DNA from: Octopus sinensis
Lineage: Eukaryota
Direction: 5' to 3'
Length of the DNA stretch: 64,000 nt
Assembly: GCF_006345805.1 (NCBI RefSeq)
Contig: NC_043000.1
Location: forward strand, 7,812,001 to 7,876,000
A program made the translations under genes and the position numbers. Numbering within the stretch: position 1 is the stretch's first letter; each line of letters opens with the position of its first letter. The notes beneath the pieces were generated by a model. It did not search any database. It was not told the origin of the DNA and saw only the letters and a program-made list of their open reading frames with translations. Shown in pieces: positions 24,018 to 37,610 of this stretch.

Positions 24018-24674
24018 TTTGAATCAGATGAAATATATTTTTAATATATTTAACCTGTAGAAAGTCATTTTCCCTGTGGTTTGCCGTGAGGAAAACTTTT
24101 GCTTTAGGCAACAGGCATTAAAGCACCAACAGTTACTTTAGAATGCCCAGTTGTGGACTGATAAATTCATGTCTAGCTATTTGGTTATCATCAGTACCAG
24201 TTACTACAAGGGAGACAACCTTGAGATGAATATGGAAGCAATTGGTTCCTTATAGAAAATCAGTAGAAACAGTCAATTGATTGTATGTGATCAAATTAAT
24301 TGTATACTGTGCATACTAAGCAGTGTTGTGGAGTAAGCAAACTTTTAAAACATTTCAAATATGTTTTTGTGAAATGTTTTACCAGTTAAAAATCCATTTT
24401 CACTGTGGGTTACCATAGAGAAAATTCTCACTTTAAACAACAGATGTTAAAATGCACCAACAGTGCTGGATTTAAGCAAAATAAGGGTATCAAGGGAAAG
24501 AGACCCCATAGAAATGGCAAATGGTTTATGATACAAAAGAAATCGCTTGAAACAAATATCAATTAAGTGGTAGTATACAAAAATAATCATTATTTTCCAT
24601 CTCACTGTTAATTTTGTTTCATTTTGAAAAATAAAAGTTTATTTCTGGTTCTTTATTGTTTATGTTTTGAATTT

Positions 24675-25150
24675 TATATAAATTGAAGTCGATCAACATC
24701 AATGGAAATTGCAGCTGTGGTTAAGCGAACCATCCGATCGTGGTCGTTGCCAGCGCCGCCCCAACTGGCCTCCGTGCCTGTGACACGTAAAAGCACCATT
24801 CGCTCGTGTCTGTTGTCAGCCTCGCCTGGCCCCCGTGCCGGTGGCACATAGCACCATCCGTTCGTGGCCGTTGCCAGCCTCACCTGGACCCCGTGCCGGT
24901 GGCGCGTAAAAGCACCATCCGTTCGAGGCCGTTTGCCAGCTCCATCTGGCACCTGTGTGAGTGGCACGTAAAAAGCACCCACTACACTCACTGAGTGGTT
25001 GGCGTTAGGAAGGGCTTCCAGCCGTAGAAACACTGCCAGATCAGACTGGGCCTGATGCAGCCTTCTGGCCTCACAGACCCCAGTTGAACCGTCCAACCCA
25101 TGCTAGCATGGAAAGCGGATGCTAAATGATGATGATGAAGATGATGATGA
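24675..25150 (+). mobile_element. RTE-tail element with four stem-loop subrepeats
   Basis: Matches 40590-40877 and ends in (GAT)n. Confidence 0.85.
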
Positions 25151-26879
25151 TGATGATGAGGGCACCAATATCTTTTAAGTGGTTAGGGCCTCCAAGGGTC
25201 TTAATCATATATACATCATATATCAGTCAACTAGAGGTCAGTCTGAGATGACATTTACAGCTAGAAATGGAAGACATACTGAGATGACCGTTGGTCTTTT
25301 AACACCTGTCGCCTATAGTGAGAATTTTTTTCATTGAGTATTACTGTTAAAATGACCTTTTAACAGGTCAAATATGTTACAAATATATTTGAAATGATTT
25401 AAAAGTTTGTTCATTCCTCAATACCACCTTGCTTGCATACTACATTGTATGTATGTATTGGTGTATACACACTGATGTAGATAGATGATTAAATAATTAA
25501 TCCTGATTGATGAAGCTTCCCACTCCAATTGATCTTGTCTTTCTAGTATCAATCATATGATGTTTATGTGTATATTCCAAAGAGGCAGATGGGTGAGGGA
25601 AATTCCACTCAAAAGGTGACAAAAACTGAAAAATTATAATAAAACTGTGCTACCATGATTTATGTATTTTTGTGTTCCCATATGCCAATAAGATTCAAAA
25701 AAGTAAAAACAATTTCTCTGCAGGATTACTATCATGTGACCAGGGTAGCAATCTGGAATCCAGTCTGGAAGATGGCAATTTAACTGCAAGAACAAAAGGT
25801 AGGTATCCAGTTCCATCCTTGAAAAAGATTAATTTTCCATCCTACAAAAATGTATTTTCAGGAAGAACTAGAGTAAAATTACAGTTTGGCAGAGTTATTT
25901 TTTGGAATATCATCCTGCTTGTCAGCAGAAACAGAATTTGCTGTGGCCATTAGAATTTGTTGTGCCAGTTACATTTTGGCATTATAAGTTTCGTCTACAA
26001 AATCCTGACAAATAATTATTTTAAAACAATGCAACCATTATGACGTACTGTAAGGGGGTGGATTTTATTCTTATACACACTACTTTATGTTTTCAGTTAC
26101 AGGTACCTGCTTGTGCACTGTTCATGGAAGCGTCAACCACATTATGATTATAGGGTTCCCACAGTTACCTGCAATGCATGTAAAAAGCCTAGATTGTATT
26201 ATCTAAGACCTTGTGCATGTGCTGCAATAAGCTTCAAGAAACGTTAATTAGAACTTTGTGTTCGAGTGCAGCACACACTTTGAATACTTAGTGTGTTTTT
26301 ACCTTTTGATCAATTCTTCATATTCTTGATTGATTAAAATTAAAATGTGGAATACTAATTGGTATCCAAGTTTCAGTGTTGCATCAGTTACACACTTCTA
26401 GGTGGAAATGTTGTGTCAGTTGCATGTACCTGTTGCGCCACTTACATTTTACCAAATGCACCACAGCATGTATTAAACAAGAGTGTTTCATATGAAAGCA
26501 TGTATAGCATCCATACCACTTCAGGTTTCTTTTGATATAAAAATTGTTTGCAGATGTAAATTTTCTGCTCAGGGTTTCCAGCATAAATACCACCAAAACA
26601 GGTGTCATGTCTTTTTTACTGTTGCGTCAGTTAAGCAAGTATTCATTTTCCGTTAGATAAGCTAGTTGAAACATAGAATTACAATACATATGTAATAATA
26701 TTTATAGTAGACCACCGTAGTTAAAGTATTCATGGATCATTATATTTCAGTTAGCTTAAGTAACATGTCAGAAGATTTTTAGTATTAAAAAGTCCTTGTA
26801 AATGTTGCATCAGTTACAATGGAATTGCTTGTGACTTTCTCACGATGCTTCTTGTCAAATGTTTTATTCATTCAGTAAT

Positions 26880-27060
26880 AAGGTAGTGAGTTAGCAGAAT
26901 CATTAGTACACTGGACAAAATGCTTACTAGCATTACATCTGTCTTTACATCCTGAGTTCAAATACTGCTGAGGTTGAATTTGCCTTTTATCTTTTTGATG
27001 TCAATAAAACAAGGACCATTGAGCACTTGGGGTCATTCTAATTGTCTACCCCATTTCTCA
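26880..27060 (+). mobile_element. SINE family B, diverged
   Basis: GAGTTAGCAGAATC head and GAGTTCAAAT B-box. Confidence 0.65.
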
Positions 27061-27129
27061 CAATTGTTCTCTTTGTGCCAAAGTAAGAAAATCTTATTTC
27101 TTTTAATAATATTTTAGAATCAGTGTGAA

Positions 27130-27300
27130 ATCAACTCTTTGTTTTGCATCGGTTTTGAAATTTTGTTTCAATGATTTTCTGCTGTGGATGAATTGCCATG
27201 TCCCAGAATATGGTCCTTTTATCATTGTCTGGTACCGATTCTTTCTTGTTCATATATCATAATGCTGCTATAGTTTCCAGTGTTTGAAACTTCTGATTCT
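27130..27300 (-). pseudogene. old R4/Dong-type LINE fragment
   Basis: Minus-strand VPDNDKRTIFWDMAIHPQQKI resembles VTENEKAPILWDMPIHTDREI at 8708. Confidence 0.4.
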
Positions 27301-28164
27301 GTCATGAATGTTCAAATACATCATTTTAATTAAGATTCTATAACAGGACAAATTCCCTCTCTCTACAAATGATTTTGTGACACCCATGCTTTTCTCATGG
27401 CTATTAGCAGTGTAAACGATGTGACCACTTTTCAACCAGGAATTGTTACTGAATTCTAGATTTAGCTTGCAGGAAGCTTATCTCTTTTGTTCTTGCTAGA
27501 AGATGTTACATAATAATGCAATCTAATCTATTTTATGTTATACATAGACAAATATGGCTGATAATGCATTAGAGAATACTTTGTTGTGATTCACACTTGA
27601 TTAATAAGATTAGAGAAAGAGTTGCTCTTAGAAGATTGCACTTTATCAAATCATGAATTTAATTGGATTTACACCACCTAGTCAAAGATCAATGATTTCC
27701 TTTTGGTGACTTAAACTTATTGCAGAAACAAAGAGAAATTGAAACTAGTGATGAATTCTTTGAAGAGAAGAATTTCCAAACATTCAGAATGTATTATGAA
27801 TCTCAGTAAGAAATAAGAATGGTTCTGTGGCAATCAAAGAGACATTTATAAACATTCCTATTCACTAAATCTGATTTGTTATTCCAAACAGTTTATAAGA
27901 AATATCTTTAAATGTCAAAATAATTTTGCATTCTTTTTGGTTTTGCTGGCGAGATTTATGCAGCTGGTTTCGGATTATATTGATTTGTGGGTAAGAGAAA
28001 CATTAACAATTGTTTGTGACATCCATGTTGTGTGACGTTCATGACTTTCACAAAAACGTTAAGCAATACAAGTGAAATAAAATGGTTTCATTTAAGCATC
28101 GAACTTAAAGTATAAACCATATCATGAACAAGAATTACACACTAATAATAATTTCTCATATTCT

Positions 28165-28562
28165 TTTCTACTCTAGGCATAAGGCGCGAAATTTTTTTGG
28201 TGGGTGGTGGCAGTCGATTAGATCAACCACAGTATGCAACTGGTACTTAATTTATCGACCCCAAAATGATGAAAGGCAAAGTCGACCTTGGCAGAATTTG
28301 AACTCAAAATGTAAAGACAGATGAAATACCTATTTCTTTACTACCCACAAGGGGCTAAACACAGAGAGGACAAACAAGGACAGACAAATGGATTAAGTCG
28401 ATTATATCGACCCCAGTGCGTAACTGGTTCTTATTGAATCGACCCCGAAAGGATGAAAAGCAAAGTTGACCTCGGCGGAATTTGAACTCAGAATGTAGCG
28501 GCAGACAAAATACTGCTAAGCATTTCACCTGGAATGTTAATGTTTCTGCCCGCTCGCCGCCT
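28165..28562 (-). mobile_element. two adjacent SINE family B copies (28165-28330, 28330-28562)
   Basis: Both contain GGCAAAGTCGACCTCGGCGGAATTTGAACTC-type core; tails differ. Confidence 0.85.
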
Positions 28563-30006
28563 TCATATTTTCTCATATTAGCAAAATGCTAAACATTTAG
28601 AGCCAGAAGGAATACAGTAAAATTAATCAACTTTAGTATTAGACTGGTACTTACATTAATGGTCCCAGAGATAGGAAAGTTAACTCACTCTAATATTTTT
28701 AAAGTGGGAATTGGCCATGCTAAAGCACCACCTTTAAGAGGTTTTAGTTGAAAAAAATCAAGCTCAGTACTTATTTTTAAAGTCAGGTACTTATTCTGTC
28801 AGTTACTTTTGTTGAACCACTAAGTTATGGGGAGGTGAAAAACAAACACTATGGGTTGTCAAGCAATAGAATGGAGGGGATGAAGACATAAACACACACA
28901 CAGACACACACACATACACACAGAGACCTCCCACACACACACACATTTAAGTCACTATATATAGATTCAAGTAATAAAGCTCCTTAATGTATCATTGTAC
29001 AAACCATATAGAATATATACTAATATACAAAAAAAAAAAATGGTAAGGAGTATGTATGTGAATTTGTATTTAACGAAGATTTCCTTTCACCTGACAATGT
29101 AGCCCAAATTCTGCATTATTTTGAATGAATTTTTGCATTTTGTAATAATGCAGACATGTAAGTAATTCATTTATTATTAAATGATTAAATGTAAGTTATT
29201 TGCATGTTTTTGAGTTTTGAAACAAATTTGTTGTTTTCAATGACTGAGCCATTTCATTGAAGTTACCATTTGTACCTAGTTTAAGCAGTTGACACCTCTT
29301 ATTTGCAATGGCTTTTTCACAGACTGTGTCATAAGCAAAGCTAAAGACCCAGTCTGCTTTTTGTTTTTAGGGAGCCATTGTCTTGATTTTAAATTCCTCA
29401 TCTAAAATAAACGATAATTGAGAAAACTACAAGGAAAATTAGAAATGGAGAAATATAAACAAAAACATCAAACTTTTCTACTTTTATATTACTTCAAACT
29501 TTTGTTTTTGCTTTCACTTCTTTATATTTCTACTTTGCATTGTCATGGCTTCACCAATTCCTTTTAATTCTCTTCCACAAAGCTGCAAATAAATTACATC
29601 ATATTAACACATAAGCTTTCCTTGAAGTTGATAATTTGTTTGATATTCCAAGCCGTAGCTACGTTGTCTATGTTTAAAATGATGCAGTCAATGTAGTCAT
29701 AAAATGTTTGAAATTAAAACATGTGGTTTCAACTCTGAAACAGAATTTTAGAAGTTATACTCATTCAATGGTTCTCAACTGTATTTTTAAGCTCAGTGCC
29801 ACCTTTTCACTGGATGACATTTTACAAATATCCTATTACCGCGTTTTATCAGTTAGTTTTTTAATCATTGGATTGTGGCCATGTTGCGCACTGCCTTGAA
29901 GGGATTAGTCACACAAATTAACTTGGTATTTAGTTTTTTTGAAATCTGGCACTTATCCTATTGGTCTCTTTTGCCAAAATGCTAAGTTATAGGAAAGTAA
30001 ACAAAA

Positions 30007-30415
30007 TAGGCGCAGGAGTGGCTGTGTGGTAAGTAGCTTGCTTACCAACCACATGGTTCCGGGTTCAGTCCCACTGCGTGGCATCTTGGGCAAGTGTTTT
30101 CTACTATAGCCTCGGGCCGACCAAAGCCTTGTGAGTGGATTTGGTAGACAGAAACTGAAAGAAGCCTGTTGTATTTATGTGTGTATATATATATGTATGT
30201 ATGTGTGTGTATTTATGTCTGTGTTTGTCCCCCCAGCATCACTTGACAACCGATGCTGGTGTGTTTACATCCCCGTAACTTAGCGGTTCGGCAAAAGAGA
30301 CCGATAGAATAAGTACTGGGCTTACAAAGAATAAGTCCTGGGGTCGATTTGCTCGGCTAAAGGCGGTGCTCCAGCATGGCCACAGTCAAATGACTGAAAC
30401 AAGTAAAGGAGTAAA
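30007..30415 (+). mobile_element. SINE family A (best-preserved copy), preceded by a minus-strand family A fragment at 29845-30005
   Basis: GGCGCAGGAGTGGCTGTGTGGTAAG head, GGTTCAGTCCC B-box, full tail. Confidence 0.9.
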
Positions 30416-30844
30416 CCAACACAAGTTGCCAAGCAGTATTGGGGGGATAAACACAAAGACACACACACACACATACATATATATTATACACATACATACA
30501 TGTGAGTCTGTATATATATAGGTATATATATGTATGTATATGTATAATATATGAGATGGTCTTCTTTCCATTTCTCTTTACCAAATCCCTTCACAAGGCT
30601 TTGATTGGTCTGGAGCTAGAGTAGAAGTCATCTACCCAAGGCACCATGCTGTGGGACTGAACCTGAAACCTTGATTTGCAAGAAAAAGGTTGATTGTTCT
30701 AATGAAATAGAAGATAATTTTGTCAAGTGGTATAATATCTTTGCTTTCTGTTAGCCAATTCAGCATATGCTTGTTTTCAGATATTGGCATAGACTTGCAC
30801 CTCCATATGAAATTTTTAACTAAATTATTAAAGAAGGTGAGAGC

Positions 30845-31282
30845 TTATATAATGGTTTCAAACTTTGGCACAAGGCCAGCAATTTTAGGGGAGGGGTCAG
30901 GTGATTACATTGACCCCAGTGCCGGACTGGCGCTTATTTTATTGACTCCAAAAGCATGAAAGGTAAAGTTGACCTTAGCAGAATTTGAACTCAGAATGTA
31001 ATGTCAAAAGAAATTCTACCAAGCCTTTTGTCCAGTATGCTAACAATTCTGCCAGCTCACCACCCTTTTATAATTCTTTCTAATTTTGGCACAAGGCCAG
31101 CAATTTTCAGAGAAGATAGTCAATTACATCAACCCAAAGTACTTGACTGGTACTTATTTTATTGTCCCTGAAAAGATGAAAGACAAAGTCAACCTCGATG
31201 GAATTTGAACTCAGAACAATGGATGAAATACTGCTAAGCATTTTATCAAGTGTATTAAAGATTCGGTCAGCTCACTGCCTTA
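30845..31282 (-). mobile_element. two tandem SINE family B copies
   Basis: TTTGGCACAAGGCCAGCAATTTT starts at about 30864 and 31086. Confidence 0.8.
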
Positions 31283-31401
31283 AGGGCTTATATAATAGAA
31301 CTATAATACTGGACCGTGGTGCATCAGCACTCGTGTTTTAACTCACAGATGACAATGTCTGACTCATATTTTAATCTCAACAAGTATATTTTTAGAGATA
31401 T

Positions 31402-31820
31402 AGGCATAGGAGTGGCTGTGTGGTAAGTAGCTTGCTTACCAACCACATAGTTCTGGGTTCAGTCTCACTGTGTGGCACCTTGGGCAAGTGTCTTCTACTA
31501 CAGCCTCGGGCTGACCAAAGCCTTGTGAGTGGCTTTGGTAGACGGAAACTGAAAGAAGCCCGTCGTATATATGTATATATATATATATGTATGTGTGCGT
31601 GTATATGTTTGTGTGTCTGTGTTTGTCCCCCCAACATTGCTTGACAACTGATGCTGGTGTGTTTACGTCCCCGTAACTTAGTGGTTCAGCAAAAGAGACT
31701 GATAGAATAAGTACTAGTCTTCCAAAGAATAAGTCCTGGGATTGATTTGCTTGACTAAAGGCAGTGCTCCAGCATGGCCACTGTCAAATGACTGAAACAA
31801 GTAAAGGAGTAAAAGAGAGA
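31402..31820 (+). mobile_element. SINE family A
   Basis: Full copy. Confidence 0.9.
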
Positions 31821-32346
31821 GTATATGTTTAAAAAGGAGCATTGCACCTGATTTAAATATATTTCCCAGAAAAATATTGAAGTATCTAAACAATTAGTAT
31901 TCCTGTCCCACAGAGCACCATCTTGTGTGTTTGGAGTACCCTTAAGTTAACTACTGTTCAAGCAAATAGATGTCAGTTTTGGGCCATTAATTAAAGAGTC
32001 CTGCCTTAACATCCCGTGTGCAATGCACTGAACATCAGTTTGAGAGGGAAGAAGTTAAGGGGAAAATGAAAAGAAACAGAAAAAGTGATTTGAATGGAAT
32101 GCAAATTGATTCTTGCTTTAGTAATTTCCTCTCACACAAGAACAAATTAAACAAAGGACAATATTTGATTTCCAGGAATATTTGAATGCTATATTAGCCA
32201 GCCAAACAATTTAAATATAGTAAAAACAGCTGAATCCAAGGAAACTGGTGATGTAATGCAAATAGTTCAAACTGTGAAATAAATATTATGTCACAAAGAA
32301 AAAGAAAAGTCTAACATTTTGAACAGAACCACAGAACCCGATGTTG

Positions 32347-32348
<2 letters not shown>

Positions 32349-32412
<64 letters not shown>

Positions 32413-32543
32413 TGGGGAGGGGCAGGGAGAGAATGGGAGGAACTGTCAACAGGTTTGGCAGGATGAACAAATTTGGAGACATAACAGTGAAGAACATGCG
32501 AGATGTGAGGAAAGAAAGAGAGAGGATGAGAGAGAGAGAGGAT

Positions 32544-32577
<34 letters not shown>

Positions 32578-32580
32578 AAA
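32349..32580. repeat. (GA)n arrays
   Basis: Direct observation. Confidence 0.9.
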
Positions 32581-32872
32581 GCAAACATAGATCTTTATAT
32601 ATAAGACATCATTTCTTTGTATATAGTAAATTTTTGTTAGAACTGAGAGTGGATTGTTGTTTGAACTAATCATAGAAAAATATTTGACTGTGTGGCTAAG
32701 AAATTCATTTTGCAGTTGTGTGGTTTTGGGTTCAGTTCCTCTGTGTGAAACATTGGGTAAGGTCCTCTACTACAGCCCTGGGCTGTGAGTGTATTTGGCT
32801 CACAGAAACTGAAAGAAGCTTGTTGTGTGTGTATATATATACATTACATACATACATATATACATACATATA

Positions 32873-32923
<51 letters not shown>

Positions 32924-33261
32924 GTGTATGCACTCACTAATACTGACCAGTCAGAATTAGTTTTTAACACTGCATTGGTGGGTAAATATTCTTTACCTGT
33001 GTGTTAACAAGGGTAACATTGGTTTCATGTGAAGAGGAATTTAACAATTATCATTCTGGCACATAGGAATGTTTGTATTTATCTCCATTTTGGATGAAAA
33101 TACATCATCCAAATATTCTCATCCAAAATGGAGATGAGCACCAACATTTCCATGTGGCAGACTTGATAATTAAGAGATTTTGCTTCACATGAAACCGTTG
33201 GTAGCCTTGTTAACTTACAAATAAAGTGTATGTATGTGTGCATGTGTCTATTGCTAGCCAC

Positions 33262-33430
33262 TAAACCTTTTTCCTATTTTCTCTCCCTGTTTATTTCTGT
33301 ATTCCTTTCTGTTGAAGAGCGTAGGCTCGAAATGTAAAAGACTTTCTCACTTCCCAAGCATTAAACTAATAAATCTGTTTATTGTTTGCACACCTGTCTT
33401 CATCGTTTTTTTTTTTGTTGTAAATTCTCA
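33262..33430 (+). mobile_element. TA-abutting repeat with variant hammerhead; second copy at 54712-54895 (-)
   Basis: Two homologous copies, both with the 3' end against (TA)n. Confidence 0.75.
33305..33340 (+). ncRNA. variant minimal hammerhead (core CUGUUGA-A)
   Basis: CUUU-CUGUUGAA-GAGC(GUAG)GCUC-GAAAU-GU-A-AAAG. Confidence 0.5.
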
Positions 33431-34474
33431 ATATATATATATATATAGTGAGAATTTACAAAAAAGAAGATTTTTAGTATTAAAAATTCTTGTAAGTGTT
33501 GCTTCAGCTATGATGGAATTCTGAGACCCCCTTCGGATTGCACCTAGAAAGTTCCCCTCCCAGGTACAAGTCTGGGTTAGGTTGTTTATGGAAGACCAGC
33601 AGTCACCCATGCATACCGGCCTCCCCTCTCCATGCCACCAGTGTTATCCAAGGGGAAGACAACAGCCAATACAGCTTGGCACCTGTAACGTCAAGTACAA
33701 TATTCGACTTCGTTGAAACAGACCTTCACGCAAAGCAAATTAAATAAAATTTGGGATTTTTTGCGGAGGGTGAAAGTGGTAACAAGAACAGGACAGTGAG
33801 AACAAGACAGTAAAAACAAACGGTGAGGGATGTTAAGCGAAGACGATAGAAAAATTATTATGAATGCTAGGAAAACGAGCTTATGGAAGAAGACAGGTAT
33901 AAGCACGTGTCTTTAGGAAGGAAATGGGCAGAAAGATAGGTTCTCTTTTGTCACGTGTCAGCGATGAAAGAGTCAAGAAGGGAGAGTGAGAGAAAGGGAA
34001 TGGTGAAGAAGAGAGGAGAAGAATAGGGAAGGGTGGGAGAGAAAACCAGAAGGGATGAAAAACAAGAGAAGGAGAGAGATAGACAGAGAAGAGATAGTAG
34101 AGATAGAAGAAGAGTGCACATTGTAATTATTAAGATAAAACTTACACCTCTCCTTGTCTTGACATTGCACTATAATTATAAATGAAGCTCACGATCATAG
34201 TATTCTTTGTTTTCAGTCTTCTGTGAAAACGTATTTAGAGGAGACATTTTCCTTGCTTGAAACCAGGTGAATATTGGTAAAGAAAGGGCTGTAGAAACTT
34301 TGCTGCATCAAATTTCATATGACAGAAGTGGCTGTTGAAACAATGTTGGTGATAATGATGATGATGATGAGAATAAGTATTTTCTGATTGGCTAAATCTG
34401 ATTGAGGAAATATGGCAGGTGGAGACAATATCAAAATTTTAATTAATGAAAATTTATTACATAGGCTTATATAA

Positions 34475-34845
34475 GAGCAAGCATGACTGTGTGGTTAAGA
34501 GGCTTCTTTTGCAACCATGTAGTTCTGGGTTCAGTCCCACTACACAGCACCTTGGGCAAGTGTCTTCTACTATAGTTCTGGACTGACCAATGGCTTGTGA
34601 GTGGATTTGGTAGATGGAAAGAGTGTGGAAACCTGTCGTGCGTGTGTGTGTGTTTGTTTCCCACCATTTTTTGATAACCAGTATTGGTTTGTTTACATCC
34701 CCTAAACTTCACAGTTCAGCAAAAGAAACTGAATGAATAAGTACCAGTCTTAAAATAAGTACTGGGTTTGACTTGTTTGACTAAGTCCATCTTGGTGTTG
34801 CTTCAGTCTGGTGCAGTCGATTGACAGAAACAAGTAAAAGATAAA
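34475..34845 (+). mobile_element. SINE family A, diverged
   Basis: Head, core and tail recognisable. Confidence 0.8.
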
Positions 34846-36335
34846 AATCAGAGTTAAATCTAGAATACAGTGAGGAGTGAATGTGATCTTTAATGAGAAG
34901 GAAGATAACTTGGCTCAGTTTTTGATGTTGTTAAACCTCATTAGCAAAATATAGTCTAGCACAGACTGCTTACAATATATCTAATTTTGTCTTGCACCAT
35001 TTCTATCAATTCATTGCTCTTCAATTCTTCAAATATTGATTTGTTATATTGACCAAATATTAACCATCACAGTCTGTGGAATAAGCTGCAATTAAATAAT
35101 ATAGTCTGTCATATCAAATGAAAATGCTTATTTATTCCAATGTCTATAATAAAATTTATATCAGGCAGTTTGCATTTTCTGTATCAGTTTCCTTCATAAA
35201 AATTCATAAGAGAGTTTAATTACTTTTGACAGAATTGTCAGAACTGAAAATTAATTCAACTCTGAGACATAGCTTAATCATTTGTGTACACTGCTAATAT
35301 CTTTGTCACGTTTTGTATTATACTTACAGCAAAAAGAATGGCCTTGCTATGTCTGTTTGCAAGAAAAGAGAACGAAGCATTTATGAAGATTAAGATGGAT
35401 ATTAGTAACATGAATTTTAGATGAAATCTCATATACATGGAAGACACACATTTCTGTTTTGTATCTTGGGAGGGCTACTATGTCAATAATAATAAACATA
35501 CACACTGGTATAATTTAACTATTTTTATAATTCATATTCAGATGAAGATGGTGAGTTGGCAGAATTGTTAGCATACAGGGCAAAATGCTCAGTGTTATTT
35601 CACCCTTATCATACTCTGAATTCAAATTCTACCAAAATCAACATTGCCATTCATTCTTTGAAGATTGATAAATAAATACCAGTTAAGTACTGAGGTCAAT
35701 ATAATTGACTACTTCCTTCCAGCTGTAAATAAGTAACTCTGCAAAAGACTGGCGTCCTGTTCACAAGTCATGTTATGATCTTGGTAACTCACACACCATT
35801 GAAACTAGGTAACCAGCCCTAAGCAGTTCTTGGCCTCAAGACAGTAATGTGCAGGGTTTGATGAGGATTATGAAAAATTTTAGCTACAGGCACAGCTGTG
35901 TGGTTAAGATATTTACTTCATAAGGACATAGTTTCCAGTTCCATCTCACTGTTATGCACCTTTGGAAATTGTCATCTACTACAGTTTGGGGCTGACCAAT
36001 GTTTTGTAAGTGAAATTTGGTAAACAGGAACTATACAGAAGCCTCTCTATGTGCGTGAGTGTGTGTGTGTGTGTGAAGGTTAACAAGTTACCTTCTCGTG
36101 TCATAAGGGCCAGTTTCCTAGTTTCACGGAGTATTTATTCTCTACCTGGACAGGACACCGGTCTGTCACAGAATTACTCATTACTTTCAGCTCAGCCAGC
36201 TGTAGCAACATGAAATGAAGTGTTTTGCTCAAGAACACAACACATTGCCCAGTCCAGGAACTGAAACCACAATCCTACAATCATGAGTCAAACATTTTAA
36301 CCACACACCTCCACTGAGTGCATCTGTGCACCTCC

Positions 36336-36373
<38 letters not shown>

Positions 36374-36744
36374 CCCATTTGTGTTTGATTTCCTCATGCT
36401 CTCTCATTAATGCCACCTGAGCAGCAGAGCATTGGATTCTGTCTCCTGTAAATAGTAAATTCTGTAGCTCAGTAGTAGTTTGTGTAGAATCATTTGGAAA
36501 TCAATGGAATGAAAATACTTTACATGAAAAGAAGTAAGAGTTGGCAGCAAAAGTAGTATCTTGGCTACTGCTATAAATTCTATAAATTTCACCAAATCTA
36601 TGGAAAAGCATCATGATGATAATGATGGTGATGACAGTGATGTTGCTAATTACGCCAATAGTGCCAATGTCTATGACCATGACATGATGATGATGACAAT
36701 GATGATAACAATGGTGATGACTACATTAATGATGATGACAATAT

Positions 36745-36957
36745 TCTTTTCTACTCTAGGCACAAGGCCCAAAATTTCGGGGAAGGCTAGTTGATTAAAT
36801 CGACTCCAGTACACAACTGGTACTTAATTTATCAATCCAAAAATAATGAAAGGCAAAGTCAACCCCGTGCGGAATTTGAACTCAGAACGTAAAGACATGA
36901 AATACCGCTAAGCATTTCGCCCAGCATGCTAACATTTCTGCCAGCTCGCTGCCTTGT
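36745..36957 (-). mobile_element. SINE family B
   Basis: Near-complete copy. Confidence 0.85.
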
Positions 36958-37199
36958 GATGACAATATTGATGATAATGTTGATGATGAGGATGATGAAC
37001 TGTGCTTTCTTTCTATTCAACATGGACAACTAAAGCAATAAATGATACCTATGAGGAAACAGCTACAGAATGTTTCGGTTGTAATTTTTACCTTCTCAAG
37101 AGTTACAGTTAGGTTTCCATTCCATCACACCGTTTCACCATTCGGCAAAAGAAAAAAGGAAAAAAATGGAGTAGGATACATTGGATAGTGTAATTCTAT

Positions 37200-37610
37200 A
37201 CTCTTACTCTTTACTTGTTTCAGTCATTTGACTGCGGCCATGCTGGAGATCGCCTTTAGTTGAGCAAATTGATCCCAGGACTTATTCTTTGTAAGCTTAG
37301 TACTTATTCTATCGGTCACTTTTGCCGAACTGCTAAGTTACAGGGACGTAAACACACCACCATCGGTTGTCAAGCGATGTTGGGGGAGACAAACACAGGC
37401 ACACAAACATATACACACACATACACACATATATATACATATATACGATGGGCTTCCTTCAGTTTCCATCTACCAAATCCACTTAAAAGGCTTTGGTCAG
37501 CCCGAGGTTATAGTAGAAGACACTTGCCCAAGGTTCCACGTAGTGGGACTGAACCCAGAACCATGTGGTTGGTAAGCAAGCTACTTACCACACAGCCACT
37601 CCTGTGCCTT
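37200..37610 (-). mobile_element. SINE family A
   Basis: Full copy. Confidence 0.9.
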
